From Pirellula staleyi DSM 6068 (GTDB taxonomy: Bacteria; Planctomycetota; Planctomycetia; Pirellulales; Pirellulaceae): a stretch of 32,000 nucleotides of DNA. The stretch covers positions 2,520,001-2,552,000 of the forward strand of contig CP001848.1 of the NCBI GenBank assembly GCA_000025185.1, written 5' to 3'. Under the pieces are notes generated by a model that had not been told where the DNA came from, searched no databases, and worked only from the letters and a program-made list of their open reading frames with translations. Of this stretch, positions 17,143 to 26,924 are shown piece after piece (the first letter of the stretch is position 1; each line of letters opens with the position of its first letter). A program made the position numbers and the translations under genes.

Positions 17143-17661
17143 ATGAGTTCCACATTGCCAGCCAAAACGCCAGCGACTTCGGAAACATCGCCCCTTCCGG
17201 TCGTCGCACCGAAGCGTGCTTTTTGTAGTCGTGCGCTGATCGTGGCGGTGGTGATATATGTTGCTGGAGTTGCTACCGGTTCGGGCGGAACGTTCGCCTG
17301 GCTGCAGCATCACATGTTCTCGCTGATGCGTAAGCCGCACGGCTTTGAGAAGATCCTCTACGCCTCGATGAAATCCGAGTTGAACCTGACCAAGGAACAA
17401 GAGGCGACGATTCAGCCGATCTTTAGCCAGCGATTTCGCGAGGTCGACGATCTGCGGCGGGAAGTACATCCGCGGTTTGTGAGCCTCTTTGCCGGCCTCG
17501 AAAGCGAAGTGGCCGGGCATCTGACTCCCGAGCAAAAAGAAACGTGGCATGCTCGCTGGAAACACCTGCGTGAAACGACGTTTCCCCCCGACCCCGATTT
17601 GGCTCCCACTCCCAATTTGCCTGGAAAAACGGCATCTGGCGAGCCTGGGCCGAGCTCCTGA
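17143..17661 (+). CDS. Periplasmic LTXXQ-motif protein (CpxP/Spy-like, heavy-metal-sensor type)
   Basis: N-terminal TM/signal anchor (ALIVAVVIYVAGVATG). Two LTXXQ motifs are present (LTKEQEATIQPIF and LTPEQKETWHARW). It lies downstream of the ECF sigma/anti-sigma pair. Confidence 0.6.
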   Translation: MSSTLPAKTPATSETSPLPVVAPKRAFCSRALIVAVVIYVAGVATGSGGTFAWLQHHMFSLMRKPHGFEKILYASMKSELNLTKEQEATIQPIFSQRFREVDDLRREVHPRFVSLFAGLESEVAGHLTPEQKETWHARWKHLRETTFPPDPDLAPTPNLPGKTASGEPGPSS

Positions 17662-17835
17662 GGGGTGCCTGGGCGGCAAAATCGTTCAGCTTGCTAGCAC
17701 CCAACCGATTTAACCTAACCATCTCCCGTTGCCAGAGTTTGGATCACGACTAAAATGTGTGAACTTCAGTCGCCCGCTTGCGGTCTACTGAGGGAGGTCG
17801 TGACGGGTAAAACCCTCGTGGTTAGACCTGCACAC

Positions 17836-17906
17836 TCGGGGATGGTGTAATGGTAACACTACTGATTTTGGTTCAGTCATTCTAGGTTCGAATCCTAGTC
17901 CCCGAA
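17836..17906 (+). tRNA. tRNA-Gln (anticodon UUG)
   Basis: Manually folded cloverleaf. Acceptor TCGGGGA/TCCCCGA. D stem GTGT/ACAC. Anticodon stem ACTGA/TCAGT with loop TT-TTG-GT. T stem CTAGG/CCTAG with loop TTCGAAT. Discriminator A. CCA is not encoded. Confidence 0.9.
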
Positions 17907-17926
17907 CTCACTTAGGTATTCACAAG

Positions 17927-17962
17927 ACCCAGCCAAGCTCAAGCAGTTTGACTGGGTTTTTT
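17927..17962 (+). terminator. Intrinsic terminator after tRNA-Gln
   Basis: ACCCAG (17927-17932) / CTGGGT (17952-17957), with an additional CAA/TTG pairing, followed by TTTTTT. Confidence 0.6.
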
Positions 17963-18063
17963 CGTGCGCGTGCGGAGCCGGAAAATGCTTCGCCGCTGCT
18001 GTACAACCGGGTACACTCGACGGGTGATTGTCTTCCTCGATCATCCTGTCACTGAGTACTGCC

Positions 18064-20685
18064 ATGCTTCGCCGAGTCTGTTGGTTGGGACTCTTCGCCC
18101 TTGTTGCTGCCTGGTCGCAGATTTCGGCCGCCGAGCCGCAGGCACCTGCGGTTTCGATACCCAAGGTTCTCAGGCCGGGCTGGAAGCTGCAGCTGATTGC
18201 CGCCGAACCCGACATTGTGACCCCCACGGCGCTTGCCATTTTGCCCACCGGAGAGGTGCTGGTGGTGGAAAGTCACACGCACTTTCCTCCCAAGGATTAC
18301 GCGGGGCCCAAGGCCGACCGCATCTGGCTGTTTGCCGATTTTGATGCCGCGACCGGTAAGCCCGCAACTCGCCAACTGTTCTTCGAGGGCTCGGTGCACA
18401 CGATGGGGCTCGCCGTCGAACCATCGGGAGCAGTGCTCGTGGCGACGCGGAATGAAATCTTCAGGCTGAGCGATCAGAACCACGACCGGGCGGCTGATGA
18501 GACGCTCGAAAAACGTCAGACCTTGGTGCGACTCGAAACTGCTGGCAACTATCCCCATAACGGACTTTCCGGATTTGCTGTCGATGGCAACGGCACCATC
18601 TTCTTTGGTTTCGGCGAGAACTTGGGGGCGACCTACACGCTGCATGGCACCGATGGTTCGAAGCTGACCGGTGGCGGCGAAGGGGGAAACGTCTACAGCT
18701 GCGATCGGGCAGGGGGCAAGTTGACGCTCGTGGCGACCGGTTTCTGGAACCCGTTTCATCTTTGTTTGAATGCCCAGGGGCAGCTGTTCACGGTCGATAA
18801 CGACCCGGATAGTCGGCCCCCTTGTCGACTGCTGCATGTGATTGAAGGAGGCGACTACGGTTTTCGGTTTCGACATGGACGTAAAGGTGTTTCGCCCCTT
18901 ACGGCATGGAATGGCGAGTTGCCCGGCACACTGCCCATGATTGCAGGAACCGGGGAAGCTCCTTGCGCGGTTCTCTCGCCTGTGAGTGACGCGTGGCAAC
19001 CAGCACAGCAAACGCTGCTGGTGACGAGTTGGGGCGATCATCGAATCGAAGCCTACGACCTGATGCCGCGCGGGGCATCGTATGGGTCGACGATGAAACC
19101 GATGGTGGTGGGTGACGATCAGTTCCGGCCGGTCGGCATGGCTGAAGCAGCTGATGGCTCGATCTTCATTAGCGACTGGGTCGATCGTTCGTATCAGCTG
19201 CACGGCAAAGGGCGGATTTGGCGACTTGTGCCCGACAAGCTCGCGCCGGTGAAGCCCCGTGTGCAGGCACCGCCAGTAGCACTGCTGGGGATTCCGCAGT
19301 TTGGGAACATCTCGGTGGAAGAACTGCTCTCGAGCAGCGATCCGTTCATGGCGACGCAAGCGACAACGATCATGGCCAAGGAAATTGCCGCTGGACGTTC
19401 GGAGTTGGTGAGCGCGCTAAAGAAGCAAAGTAGCGCTGCGCGACAGGGGGAGGTAGAAAACCTGGTAACGCGCGCGCCTGCCTGGGTGAAGTTGCTCGGC
19501 AGCTGTGGCGACGAACTACTGGCAACTCAAGCACTTACAGCAGGGATCTCGAGTAAAAACCCACGCGCGCAAGTTAGCGCGGGACTTGCGCTAGCCGCGC
19601 GTCGCGACCAAGCGCAAATGCCGATGGCGACAGAGCTTCTCGAGCGCGCGCAAGATCGCGCGACGTTTGAGGTCGCGCTCGCGCTGCTGGCGATCCTCCA
19701 GGGCGATCCAGCGGCTGATCCCAAAAAAGAAGCCTCGGTGCAACCACTCGTGGCGCGCGTGGCACTCGATCCTGCCACCTCTTCGCTGGTGCGTAAACTT
19801 GCGTTTCGTTCGCTCGAGCCAACCAATGCCGAAACGACTCTGGCCAAACTCGAGCCGTGGGTTGCTTCGCAGGAGCTCGACGTCGCGCTCGAAGCGGTCG
19901 CTGCCATTCGTGATCGGCGCGACAACGATGCTCACACTTACCTCCAAAAACTGGCGACCGATGTTTCGCAGCATGGTTCCTTGCGCGCTGCGGCGGCGAT
20001 GGGTTTGCATGCCGATGTGGCTGAAGATCGCTCGCTGCTCGTCGCGCTTGCCACCGATGACGAGCCACAAGTGGCTGCCATCGCGCGGCGTGTGTTGCGT
20101 GGCAACATTACTCCCGAGGAACTCGCCAAAACCGGCCTCGTCGCGAGTGACTTCGCGCGGCCAGCCGATCATCCGCAAGAAGATCTGGCAAGTGCCTGGA
20201 CAGAGTTCGCTTCGCTCACGGGCGACCCGAGGCGTGGCGAATTGCTCTTCGTGCATCAGCAAGTCACGCAGTGCGCCAAGTGTCATCAGTATCGTGGTCG
20301 CGGTGGCAAGCTTGGCCCCGATCTCACTGCTTGGGGACTCACCGGTGATGCTGCGCAGAATCGTCGACGGCTCGTGGAGTCGATCATCGAACCATCGCGC
20401 GAAATTGCGCCGCAGTTTTCTCCGTGGCTGATGCAACTCGAAGATGGCCGCGTGATTAGCGGCATTCTCGTTGCGGAAGAAGTCGACGGTACTCAGCAGT
20501 ATGCCGATACCGCTGGCAAGATTCACCGCCTGCACCCGCGCGATATTTTCGACAAAAAGCCTTCGCCGATTTCGATCATGCCCAAAGGGCTCGCGCGGGA
20601 ACTAACGCGTCAAGAACTGGCGGATTTGATCGCGTTTCTCTCGCAGTCCGCAGAGAGCGCGAGTCACGAAAAAGGCCGCGAGTAA
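18064..20685 (+). CDS. PVC-type multidomain protein: N-terminal putative membrane-bound dehydrogenase (beta-propeller) domain, HEAT-like repeats and a C-terminal CxxCH cytochrome c domain
   Basis: The ATG at 18064 gives the signal peptide MLRRVCWLGLFALVAAWSQISAAEP. Propeller-like motifs GLAVEPSGAVLVATRNEIFRL and FWNPFHLCLNAQGQLFTVDNDPD. Ala/Leu-rich HEAT-like middle region. The C-terminus has GELLFVHQQVTQCAKCHQYRGRGGKLGPDLT, as in the Pirellula/Verrucomicrobium haem-binding domain architecture. Confidence 0.8.
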   Translation: MLRRVCWLGLFALVAAWSQISAAEPQAPAVSIPKVLRPGWKLQLIAAEPDIVTPTALAILPTGEVLVVESHTHFPPKDYAGPKADRIWLFADFDAATGKPATRQLFFEGSVHTMGLAVEPSGAVLVATRNEIFRLSDQNHDRAADETLEKRQTLVRLETAGNYPHNGLSGFAVDGNGTIFFGFGENLGATYTLHGTDGSKLTGGGEGGNVYSCDRAGGKLTLVATGFWNPFHLCLNAQGQLFTVDNDPDSRPPCRLLHVIEGGDYGFRFRHGRKGVSPLTAWNGELPGTLPMIAGTGEAPCAVLSPVSDAWQPAQQTLLVTSWGDHRIEAYDLMPRGASYGSTMKPMVVGDDQFRPVGMAEAADGSIFISDWVDRSYQLHGKGRIWRLVPDKLAPVKPRVQAPPVALLGIPQFGNISVEELLSSSDPFMATQATTIMAKEIAAGRSELVSALKKQSSAARQGEVENLVTRAPAWVKLLGSCGDELLATQALTAGISSKNPRAQVSAGLALAARRDQAQMPMATELLERAQDRATFEVALALLAILQGDPAADPKKEASVQPLVARVALDPATSSLVRKLAFRSLEPTNAETTLAKLEPWVASQELDVALEAVAAIRDRRDNDAHTYLQKLATDVSQHGSLRAAAAMGLHADVAEDRSLLVALATDDEPQVAAIARRVLRGNITPEELAKTGLVASDFARPADHPQEDLASAWTEFASLTGDPRRGELLFVHQQVTQCAKCHQYRGRGGKLGPDLTAWGLTGDAAQNRRRLVESIIEPSREIAPQFSPWLMQLEDGRVISGILVAEEVDGTQQYADTAGKIHRLHPRDIFDKKPSPISIMPKGLARELTRQELADLIAFLSQSAESASHEKGRE

Positions 20686-20814
20686 AGCGAGTTACTCACG
20701 GCCTTCGAGATTGCTGGTTAAAAACTGGGGCGTTCAAGATCAACGCGACTGGCGAATTGCCGATCGCGCGGTGATCGGATTGAACTTCCGAATCGAGCGA
20801 TGGTTGCCTGTGGA

Positions 20815-21531
20815 CTACTGAACGATGTCGATCAGTTCCACTTCGAATACCAGCACCGAGTTCGGGCCGATATCATCACCAGCGCCACGCTCGCCGTAAG
20901 CGAGTTCCGATGGCAGGAACAGACGCCACTTATCGCCCACCTTCATCATTTGCAGCGCTTCGGTCCAACCTGGAATCACGCGATTCACAGGGAACTGAGC
21001 TGGTTCGCCACGATCGACACTGCTGTCGAACACGGTGCCATCGATCAGCGTGCCGTGGTAGTGTGTCTTCACGGTGCTGGTTGCCTTCGGCGATGCGCCC
21101 GTGCCAGCCTTCAGCACTTGGTACTGCAGACCCGAGGCAGTCGTCTTCACACCTTGCTTGGTTTTGTTGGCGGCCAGGAATGCGGCGCCTTCTTTAGCGT
21201 TCTTGTCGGCAGCACCCTTGGCTTTTTCGGCAGCCTTGGCTTGCAGTTCGCCCACAAACACCTTCATCGCAGCTTGAATTTGCTCTTCGCTCAAAGCTGG
21301 TTTAGCACCAGCAAGCGAGTCCTTCAGGCCACGCACGAGTGCTTCGACATCGAGCTCAGCAGCTTCCGACTTCAGGTCGCTTCCGATATTGAGCCCGATC
21401 GCGTAGCTCGCTTGTTCTTTCACGGTCTTCATTTGATTACTCGGTACTGGGGCAGCTTGCTGAGCAAGTGCAACTTGAGAAACAGCCAGCAGGGCCACCA
21501 ACGACCAGGCGGGCACAACAGAGCGGAACAT
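20815..21531 (-). CDS. FKBP-type peptidyl-prolyl cis-trans isomerase (FkpA/Mip-like, secreted)
   Basis: C-terminal FKBP domain: SGLQYQVLKAGTG...VKTHYHGTLIDGTVFDSSVDRGEPAQFPVNRVIPGWTEALQMMKVGDKWRLFLPSELAYGERG. The ATG at 21531 gives the signal peptide MFRSVVPAWSLVALLAVSQVALA. Confidence 0.85.
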   Translation of the reverse strand: MFRSVVPAWSLVALLAVSQVALAQQAAPVPSNQMKTVKEQASYAIGLNIGSDLKSEAAELDVEALVRGLKDSLAGAKPALSEEQIQAAMKVFVGELQAKAAEKAKGAADKNAKEGAAFLAANKTKQGVKTTASGLQYQVLKAGTGASPKATSTVKTHYHGTLIDGTVFDSSVDRGEPAQFPVNRVIPGWTEALQMMKVGDKWRLFLPSELAYGERGAGDDIGPNSVLVFEVELIDIVQ

Positions 21532-21745
21532 AGAAACTGTCCTTAAGCAGAGGGGGACCAGCATGCGGCAACGAAGCAATGGTCCCATTGCACTCTTCCA
21601 CCACAGCCTGGAGAAATTGCGATTTTGCAACTTTCGAAAGTCGCGAAAACTAGCTTGGAATGTAGCACGTATGCCGGTTTAGCGATACGTCGCTAGCGAG
21701 CTGATGAGCAGTCGAGTGACTGGTAATCTCAGCCAACCGAGGGGC

Positions 21746-22624
21746 CTACTTGCTCTTGGGTGGCTCGATTCCCATCTTCTTCAGCAGCATTTGCATGTCG
21801 TCCCACACGAACTTCTTGGCCGACGGATTACGGAGCAAATACGACGGGTGATAGGTCACCAGCACCGAGCGCCCGTTGTACTCGTGGAACCTTCCGCGCA
21901 AACGTCCGACCGGCTCTTTCGTCCGCAGGAGCGCTTGGCTCGGAACCGTCCCCACGCAGACGATATACTCCGGCGCAAGCAGCTCGATTTGCCGCTCGAA
22001 GAAGGGGCGGCAGTTTTCAATCTCTTCTTCCACCGGTGTCCGGTTATCAGGGGGACGGCACTTCAGCACGTTCAGGATATACACCTCTTCGCGCTTCCAG
22101 CCGCAAGCTTCGATGATCTTCGTGAGCAGCTGACCAGCTCGCCCGACAAATGGCTCGCCCGTTCGATCCTCATCGGCACCTGGAGCTTCGCCAAAAATCA
22201 CGACGCGGGGCTGAGGATTGCCGATCCCAAACACAGTTTGCTTGCGCGTGCGGGCCAGTTCTTTGCAGAGCTTACACCCTGCCACTTCCGCCTTCAGATC
22301 GTCGAGACTCGCACAGGCAGCCGACTTTGCCGCCGATTTTTTGGCCATCACAGGTTCCAAATCGCTGGTTGCAGGGACCGCCAAACGCGGTTCGAAAGGG
22401 GGCGGAGTAGGTGCGGCCAATCGCGTCGGCATCGGCCGGTCGGCTGTGGCAGCAGGTGGGCTTGGCAGTGGCATGCTCGCGGCAGGCGAATCGGGCCGAG
22501 CAGCAGTTGCCGCCGGCGCCGGCAGAACCCCCAACGGAACGCCACGCTGCAATTGATCCACCCCTGCCCGAGCGAGCGACTCGAGCGATTGGAGCAGCAG
22601 TTTTCGCGTAACAAGTTCGTCCAT
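21746..22624 (-). CDS. Uracil-DNA glycosylase, family 4, with a Pro/Ala-rich N-terminal extension
   Basis: [51 protein letters not shown] and [14 protein letters not shown] are family-4 UDG motifs. ATG at 22624. An internal ATG at 22348 would give a canonical protein of about 200 aa. Confidence 0.85.
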   Translation of the reverse strand: MDELVTRKLLLQSLESLARAGVDQLQRGVPLGVLPAPAATAARPDSPAASMPLPSPPAATADRPMPTRLAAPTPPPFEPRLAVPATSDLEPVMAKKSAAKSAACASLDDLKAEVAGCKLCKELARTRKQTVFGIGNPQPRVVIFGEAPGADEDRTGEPFVGRAGQLLTKIIEACGWKREEVYILNVLKCRPPDNRTPVEEEIENCRPFFERQIELLAPEYIVCVGTVPSQALLRTKEPVGRLRGRFHEYNGRSVLVTYHPSYLLRNPSAKKFVWDDMQMLLKKMGIEPPKSK

Positions 22625-22781
22625 CGTGGTTTACGGCGCTCGGCGTAGCCTTACAAACTTGTGACATTCAAGCCCAAGGTTCGCCCCCGAGCCCTTACCC
22701 CCTCCGCACGAAGGCGATATCATAAAGCCTAACTCCTTTTTCGTCTCCCCTCCCTCCGACCGACTTCTCGAGCTCTCCTGC

Positions 22782-24242
22782 ATGCGTGTTCCCCAGGTGG
22801 TGATTGTCGGCCGACCCAATGTGGGAAAATCGAGTCTCCTTAATTGGCTCGCCGGCAAACGTATTTCAATTGTTGATGACACCGCGGGTGTAACGCGCGA
22901 TCGCATCACGTACTTAATGGAAGAGGAAGGTCGCTTCTTCGAACTCGTCGATACCGGCGGTATCGGCATCGTCGACTGCGATAACCTCACCAAGCAAGTC
23001 GAACAGCAGATCGAAATCGCGATCGAGTCGGCTGATCTCGTCCTCTTTGTGGTCGACACTCGCTCCGGCATTCTTCCGCTCGATGAAGAGGTTGCAAAAC
23101 GCCTGCGCTACATCGATAAGCCGATCGTCTGCGTCGCTAACAAAGCCGACCACGACGCAATCGATTGCCAGGCCGATGAGTTCTACAAACTCGGGCGCGG
23201 CAAGTTGGTGCGCGTCAGTACGTTGCAGAATCGCAACAAAGACGAACTGCTGCACATGATTCTCGAGCGTCTTCCCAAACCGGACGATCTCGAAGAGTCC
23301 CCCGAAGAGCCGATCATGAAGGTCGCGATCTGCGGCCGTCGAAACACCGGCAAAAGCACGTTTGTCAACACACTGGCGCGTGCTGAACGAGTGATCGTTA
23401 GCGAAGTTGCCGGAACAACGCGCGACAGCATCGACGTTCGCTTCGAACTCGATGGCAAAACGTTCATGGCGATCGATACTCCCGGTTTACGACGCAATCG
23501 GAGTGTCCGCACCGATATCGATTTCTACAGCACGCACCGCGCCCAGCGCAGCATTCGCCGGGCCGACGTCGTGCTGCTGTTCTTCGATTGCAAACAGCGG
23601 CTCAGCAAAGTCGACAAGCAGCTTTGCAAATACATCGCCGATAACTATCGCCCCTGCATCTTCGTGGTGAACAAGTGGGACTTGCTCTACGGTCAGATGC
23701 CAACCGAACGTTGGGTCGATTATCTTCGCGATAATTTTCCAACGATGTGGCACGTGCCGATTGCGTTCGTCACCGGTCAAACGGGCAAGAACGTGAAAGC
23801 GCTCCTCAATCACGCGCAGATGCTCTACAAGCAATCGCTCGAGCGCGTCAGCACAGCTCAGCTCAACAAGTTGATCCGCGCTGCGATGGAACGTCATCCA
23901 CCCGCCATGCACGGCAGCATGCGTCCGAAGATCTACTTCGGTACGCAGGTCGGCACGCAGCCTCCCACTATCGTGCTGATGTGCAACGAGCCGAAGGCGT
24001 TTCAGCCCGCGTATCGCCGCTATCTGCTGAGCATCCTGCGCGATCACCTCAGCTTTGGGGAAGTTCCTATCAAGCTCTATCTCCAGAAACGTCGCAGCAC
24101 CGTCGGTAAGCCGGAAGATCCCGATCTTTCGATGACCGACGAAACTGTCGCCGACGCCGATGAATTGCTGGCGCTAGGAGAATCGCTCGATCCCGAGGCA
24201 GAGCTCCTGACCGACGAATTCGAGACGTTCGACGAAGAGTAA
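22782..24242 (+). CDS. der: Ribosome-biogenesis GTPase Der (EngA)
   Basis: Two tandem GTPase domains with P-loops GRPNVGKSSL and GRRNTGKSTF, DTGG/DTPG and NKAD/NKWD motifs, and a KH-like C-terminus followed by an acidic tail. Confidence 0.95.
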   Translation: MRVPQVVIVGRPNVGKSSLLNWLAGKRISIVDDTAGVTRDRITYLMEEEGRFFELVDTGGIGIVDCDNLTKQVEQQIEIAIESADLVLFVVDTRSGILPLDEEVAKRLRYIDKPIVCVANKADHDAIDCQADEFYKLGRGKLVRVSTLQNRNKDELLHMILERLPKPDDLEESPEEPIMKVAICGRRNTGKSTFVNTLARAERVIVSEVAGTTRDSIDVRFELDGKTFMAIDTPGLRRNRSVRTDIDFYSTHRAQRSIRRADVVLLFFDCKQRLSKVDKQLCKYIADNYRPCIFVVNKWDLLYGQMPTERWVDYLRDNFPTMWHVPIAFVTGQTGKNVKALLNHAQMLYKQSLERVSTAQLNKLIRAAMERHPPAMHGSMRPKIYFGTQVGTQPPTIVLMCNEPKAFQPAYRRYLLSILRDHLSFGEVPIKLYLQKRRSTVGKPEDPDLSMTDETVADADELLALGESLDPEAELLTDEFETFDEE

Positions 24243-24265
24243 GCTTCCAGGAGTAGGTCGCTGTC

Positions 24266-25363
24266 ATGATCATCGGCGTTCCCCGCGAAATCAAACGGGA
24301 CGAGTATCGCGTGGCGATGCTCCCCGTGGGTGTTGAAGAACTCACAGCTGCTGGCCATCAAGTCCTGATCGAAGCTGGCGCTGGACTCGGCAGTGGACTG
24401 GCCGATCACGAGTATCTCGAGGCGGGTGCCAAGCTCGTGGCATCAGCCGACGAGATCTTCGCAGCTGCCGATCTGATCGTGAAAGTGAAAGAGCCACTCG
24501 CTGAAGAGTGGCCCAAGATTCGCCCGGGGCAGATTGTTTTCACTTACTTTCACTTCGCCGCAAGTCGTCCTCTCACCGAGGCGATGCTCGCCAGCGGTTC
24601 GATCTGTCTGGCTTACGAAACGCTGCGCGACGCCCAAAATCGCTTGCCTCTGCTCACCCCCATGAGCGAAGTCGCCGGTCGGATGAGCATTCAAGAAGGG
24701 GCCAAGTATCTCGAGCGTCCGCAAATGGGACGTGGCATTTTGCTCGCCGGAGTGCCTGGCGTCGCGCCTGCCCATGTCACGGTGCTCGGCGGTGGAATCG
24801 TCGGCGCAAACGCAGCTCGCATCGCGGCCGGTTTTCAGGCCGACGTTACGATCCTCGACGTCAACATGGATCGCCTCCGCTATCTCGACGATGTGATGCC
24901 GCCGAATGTGAATGTCCTCTTCAGCGACCGACATACGATTCGTAGCGAATTGAAGCTGGCCGACCTCGTGATTGGGGCGGTGCTCATTCCCGGCGCTCGC
25001 GCCCCACGACTCGTCGCGCGAAAAGATCTCCGCTTCATGAAGCCCGGCAGTGTGCTGATTGATGTCGCGATCGATCAGGGGGGCTGTTTTGAAACGAGCC
25101 GACCGACGACACACAGCGACCCGGTCTACCTGGAAGAAGATGTGCTGCACTACTGCGTGACGAACATGCCCGGCGCTGTCGGACGGACGAGCACGTTTGC
25201 CCTTTGCAATGTCACGCTTCCCTGGGTGGCGATGGTCGCAGCCAGCGGCATCGAGAAAGCCCTCGCAAAATCTCCGCCACTTGTAACCGCCCTCAATATT
25301 TGCGAGGGACGCGTTACGAATCAGGCGGTTGCAGAGACCTTTGGATTTGCGTACTCGCCGTAA
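24266..25363 (+). CDS. ald: Alanine dehydrogenase
   Basis: MIIGVPREIKRDEYRVAMLPVGVEEL N-terminus, NAD-binding VTVLGGGIVGANAARIA, and DVAIDQGGCFETSRPTTH. Confidence 0.95.
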   Translation: MIIGVPREIKRDEYRVAMLPVGVEELTAAGHQVLIEAGAGLGSGLADHEYLEAGAKLVASADEIFAAADLIVKVKEPLAEEWPKIRPGQIVFTYFHFAASRPLTEAMLASGSICLAYETLRDAQNRLPLLTPMSEVAGRMSIQEGAKYLERPQMGRGILLAGVPGVAPAHVTVLGGGIVGANAARIAAGFQADVTILDVNMDRLRYLDDVMPPNVNVLFSDRHTIRSELKLADLVIGAVLIPGARAPRLVARKDLRFMKPGSVLIDVAIDQGGCFETSRPTTHSDPVYLEEDVLHYCVTNMPGAVGRTSTFALCNVTLPWVAMVAASGIEKALAKSPPLVTALNICEGRVTNQAVAETFGFAYSP

Positions 25364-25376
25364 GGATATTGTCGAG

Positions 25377-26450
25377 ATGAAGAGCCCGCTCGAGACGATT
25401 CGCTGGCAAGGTGAAGCCAGTGGAACACTCACGCTGATCGATCAAACCCTGCTGCCGCTCGAAATCAAAGAACTCGATTGCCACGATGTCGAGTCGGTTT
25501 GGGAAGCGATCAAGCAGCTGCGTGTGCGCGGCGCTCCTGCGATTGGAATTGCTGCCGCTTATGGCCTCGTGCTCGGCCTGCAAGATGTGGCAATGAAGGA
25601 CTCGGCTGAGTTCATGGCGCGGCTCGATGAGCTGCACGCGTTCCTGGCTTCGAGCCGTCCCACCGCGGTAAATTTGTTTTGGGCTCTCGACCGGATGCGC
25701 CGCCGCGCTACACAGCTCGCTTCACAGCCCTCGGGCAAAGTGATTCATTTAGCGCTGCTCGAAGAGGCCCGCGCAATTCACGACGAAGATCGCCAGCTCT
25801 GCCGCGCGATTGGCAAGCATGGTTCGCCACTCATCGCCGCTGGTTCGGGCATTTTGACCCACTGCAACGCTGGTGGCCTTGCGACCGCAGAATACGGCAC
25901 CGCCCTCTCGATCATGTTTACTTGCCAGGACGAAGGGAAGCCGATCCACGTCTTCGTCGATGAAACTCGGCCGCTGCTGCAAGGGGCTCGTCTCACCGCC
26001 TTTGAACTCGTGCAGCGGGGAATCCGCGCCACGCTGATCTGCGATTCGATGGCGGCCCAGGTGATGCGCGAAGGGAAGGTGCAGGCGGTGATTGTCGGAG
26101 CAGATCGCATCACTGCCAACGGCGATACTGCCAACAAGATTGGGACCTACAGCGTGGCGACACTCGCCAAAGCACACGGGATTCCCTTCTATGTCGCAGC
26201 CCCCACGACCACCTTCGATCTCACGCTCGAAACAGGCGAGGGAATTCCGATCGAACAGCGCTCGGGGACCGAGATCACCCACGGTTTTGGCCGTCAAACA
26301 GCGCCGGCGGGTGTCGAAGTCTACAACCCGGCCTTCGACGTCACTCCTGCGGAACTGATCACCGGCATTGTGACCGAGCGGGGCGTGATCTCCCCCGTGA
26401 CGCGCGACAATGTCGTGGCGCTAGTCGCACCCGCGCTGGCCACTCCTTAG
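25377..26450 (+). CDS. mtnA: S-methyl-5-thioribose-1-phosphate isomerase
   Basis: MtnA/eIF-2B family motifs: IRWQGE..LTLIDQTLLP, LRVRGAPAIGIAAAYG, RPTAVNLFWAL, THCNAGGLAT, VGADRITANGDTANKIGTY and NPAFDVTP. The ATG at 25377 is preferred over 25329, which overlaps ald. Confidence 0.9.
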   Translation: MKSPLETIRWQGEASGTLTLIDQTLLPLEIKELDCHDVESVWEAIKQLRVRGAPAIGIAAAYGLVLGLQDVAMKDSAEFMARLDELHAFLASSRPTAVNLFWALDRMRRRATQLASQPSGKVIHLALLEEARAIHDEDRQLCRAIGKHGSPLIAAGSGILTHCNAGGLATAEYGTALSIMFTCQDEGKPIHVFVDETRPLLQGARLTAFELVQRGIRATLICDSMAAQVMREGKVQAVIVGADRITANGDTANKIGTYSVATLAKAHGIPFYVAAPTTTFDLTLETGEGIPIEQRSGTEITHGFGRQTAPAGVEVYNPAFDVTPAELITGIVTERGVISPVTRDNVVALVAPALATP

Positions 26451-26500
26451 CGACTCACCACGAACACTTTAAAAATCCGTTCTCCCTAGGAAATCATGAC

Positions 26501-26839
26501 ATGGCAACGCTTGTAGAAACTTTTAAGGCGGCTGAAGCTTTCAAACGCGAAGGCAAAATTCTGGAAGCGATCGATAAGTACAAAGAGCTGCTGGCGCAAG
26601 ACGATTCGCACGTTTTGTCGCATCTCACGCTGGCTGTACTCTACGGTAAAGTGGGACAGCACGAGCTTGCCGTTAAGCATGGCGAGCGCGCTTGCGAACT
26701 CGAGCCGACCGACAAGTTCAACTTCACTGCGCTCAGCACGACCTATCAAAAAGCGTTTGAAGCGACGCAAGATCGCGCCTTCATCTTCAAAGCCGAAGAG
26801 GCCAAAACCCGCGCTAACACGATGGAATGGCAGCGCTAG
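26501..26839 (+). CDS. Small TPR-like protein
   Basis: The 112-aa helical protein has TPR-like pairs (AEAFKREGKILEAIDKYKELLAQDDSHVLSHLTLAVLYGKVGQHELAVKHGERACELEP). ATG at 26501. Confidence 0.55.
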   Translation: MATLVETFKAAEAFKREGKILEAIDKYKELLAQDDSHVLSHLTLAVLYGKVGQHELAVKHGERACELEPTDKFNFTALSTTYQKAFEATQDRAFIFKAEEAKTRANTMEWQR

Positions 26840-26842
26840 TCT

Positions 26843-26914
26843 GCACGGCAGTACCTGAGCCGTGCTGTGTAAACTGCCGCGGACCTAAACGTCGTGAAAT
26901 CAAACTTCACGACG
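26843..26914. terminator. Two hairpins in a convergent intergenic region
   Basis: First hairpin: GCACGGC (26843-26849) / GCCGTGC (26859-26865). Second hairpin: CGTCGTGAA (26890-26898) / TTCACGACG (26906-26914). On the minus strand the second hairpin is followed by TTTA. U-tracts are weak. Confidence 0.45.
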
Positions 26915-26924
26915 GCAAACGCAT

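Noticed and set aside
17836-18063. tRNA-Gln as a possible integration hotspot for a genomic island
   Set aside because: No integrase is present and no duplicated tRNA 3' fragment is visible downstream. The flanking genes have typical GC content and look core.
21630-21641. Perfect 12-bp palindrome ACTTTCGAAAGT about 100 nt upstream of the FKBP gene start, a possible operator
   Set aside because: Roughly 8 perfect 12-bp palindromes are expected by chance in a 32-kb window. No second site or cognate regulator is visible.
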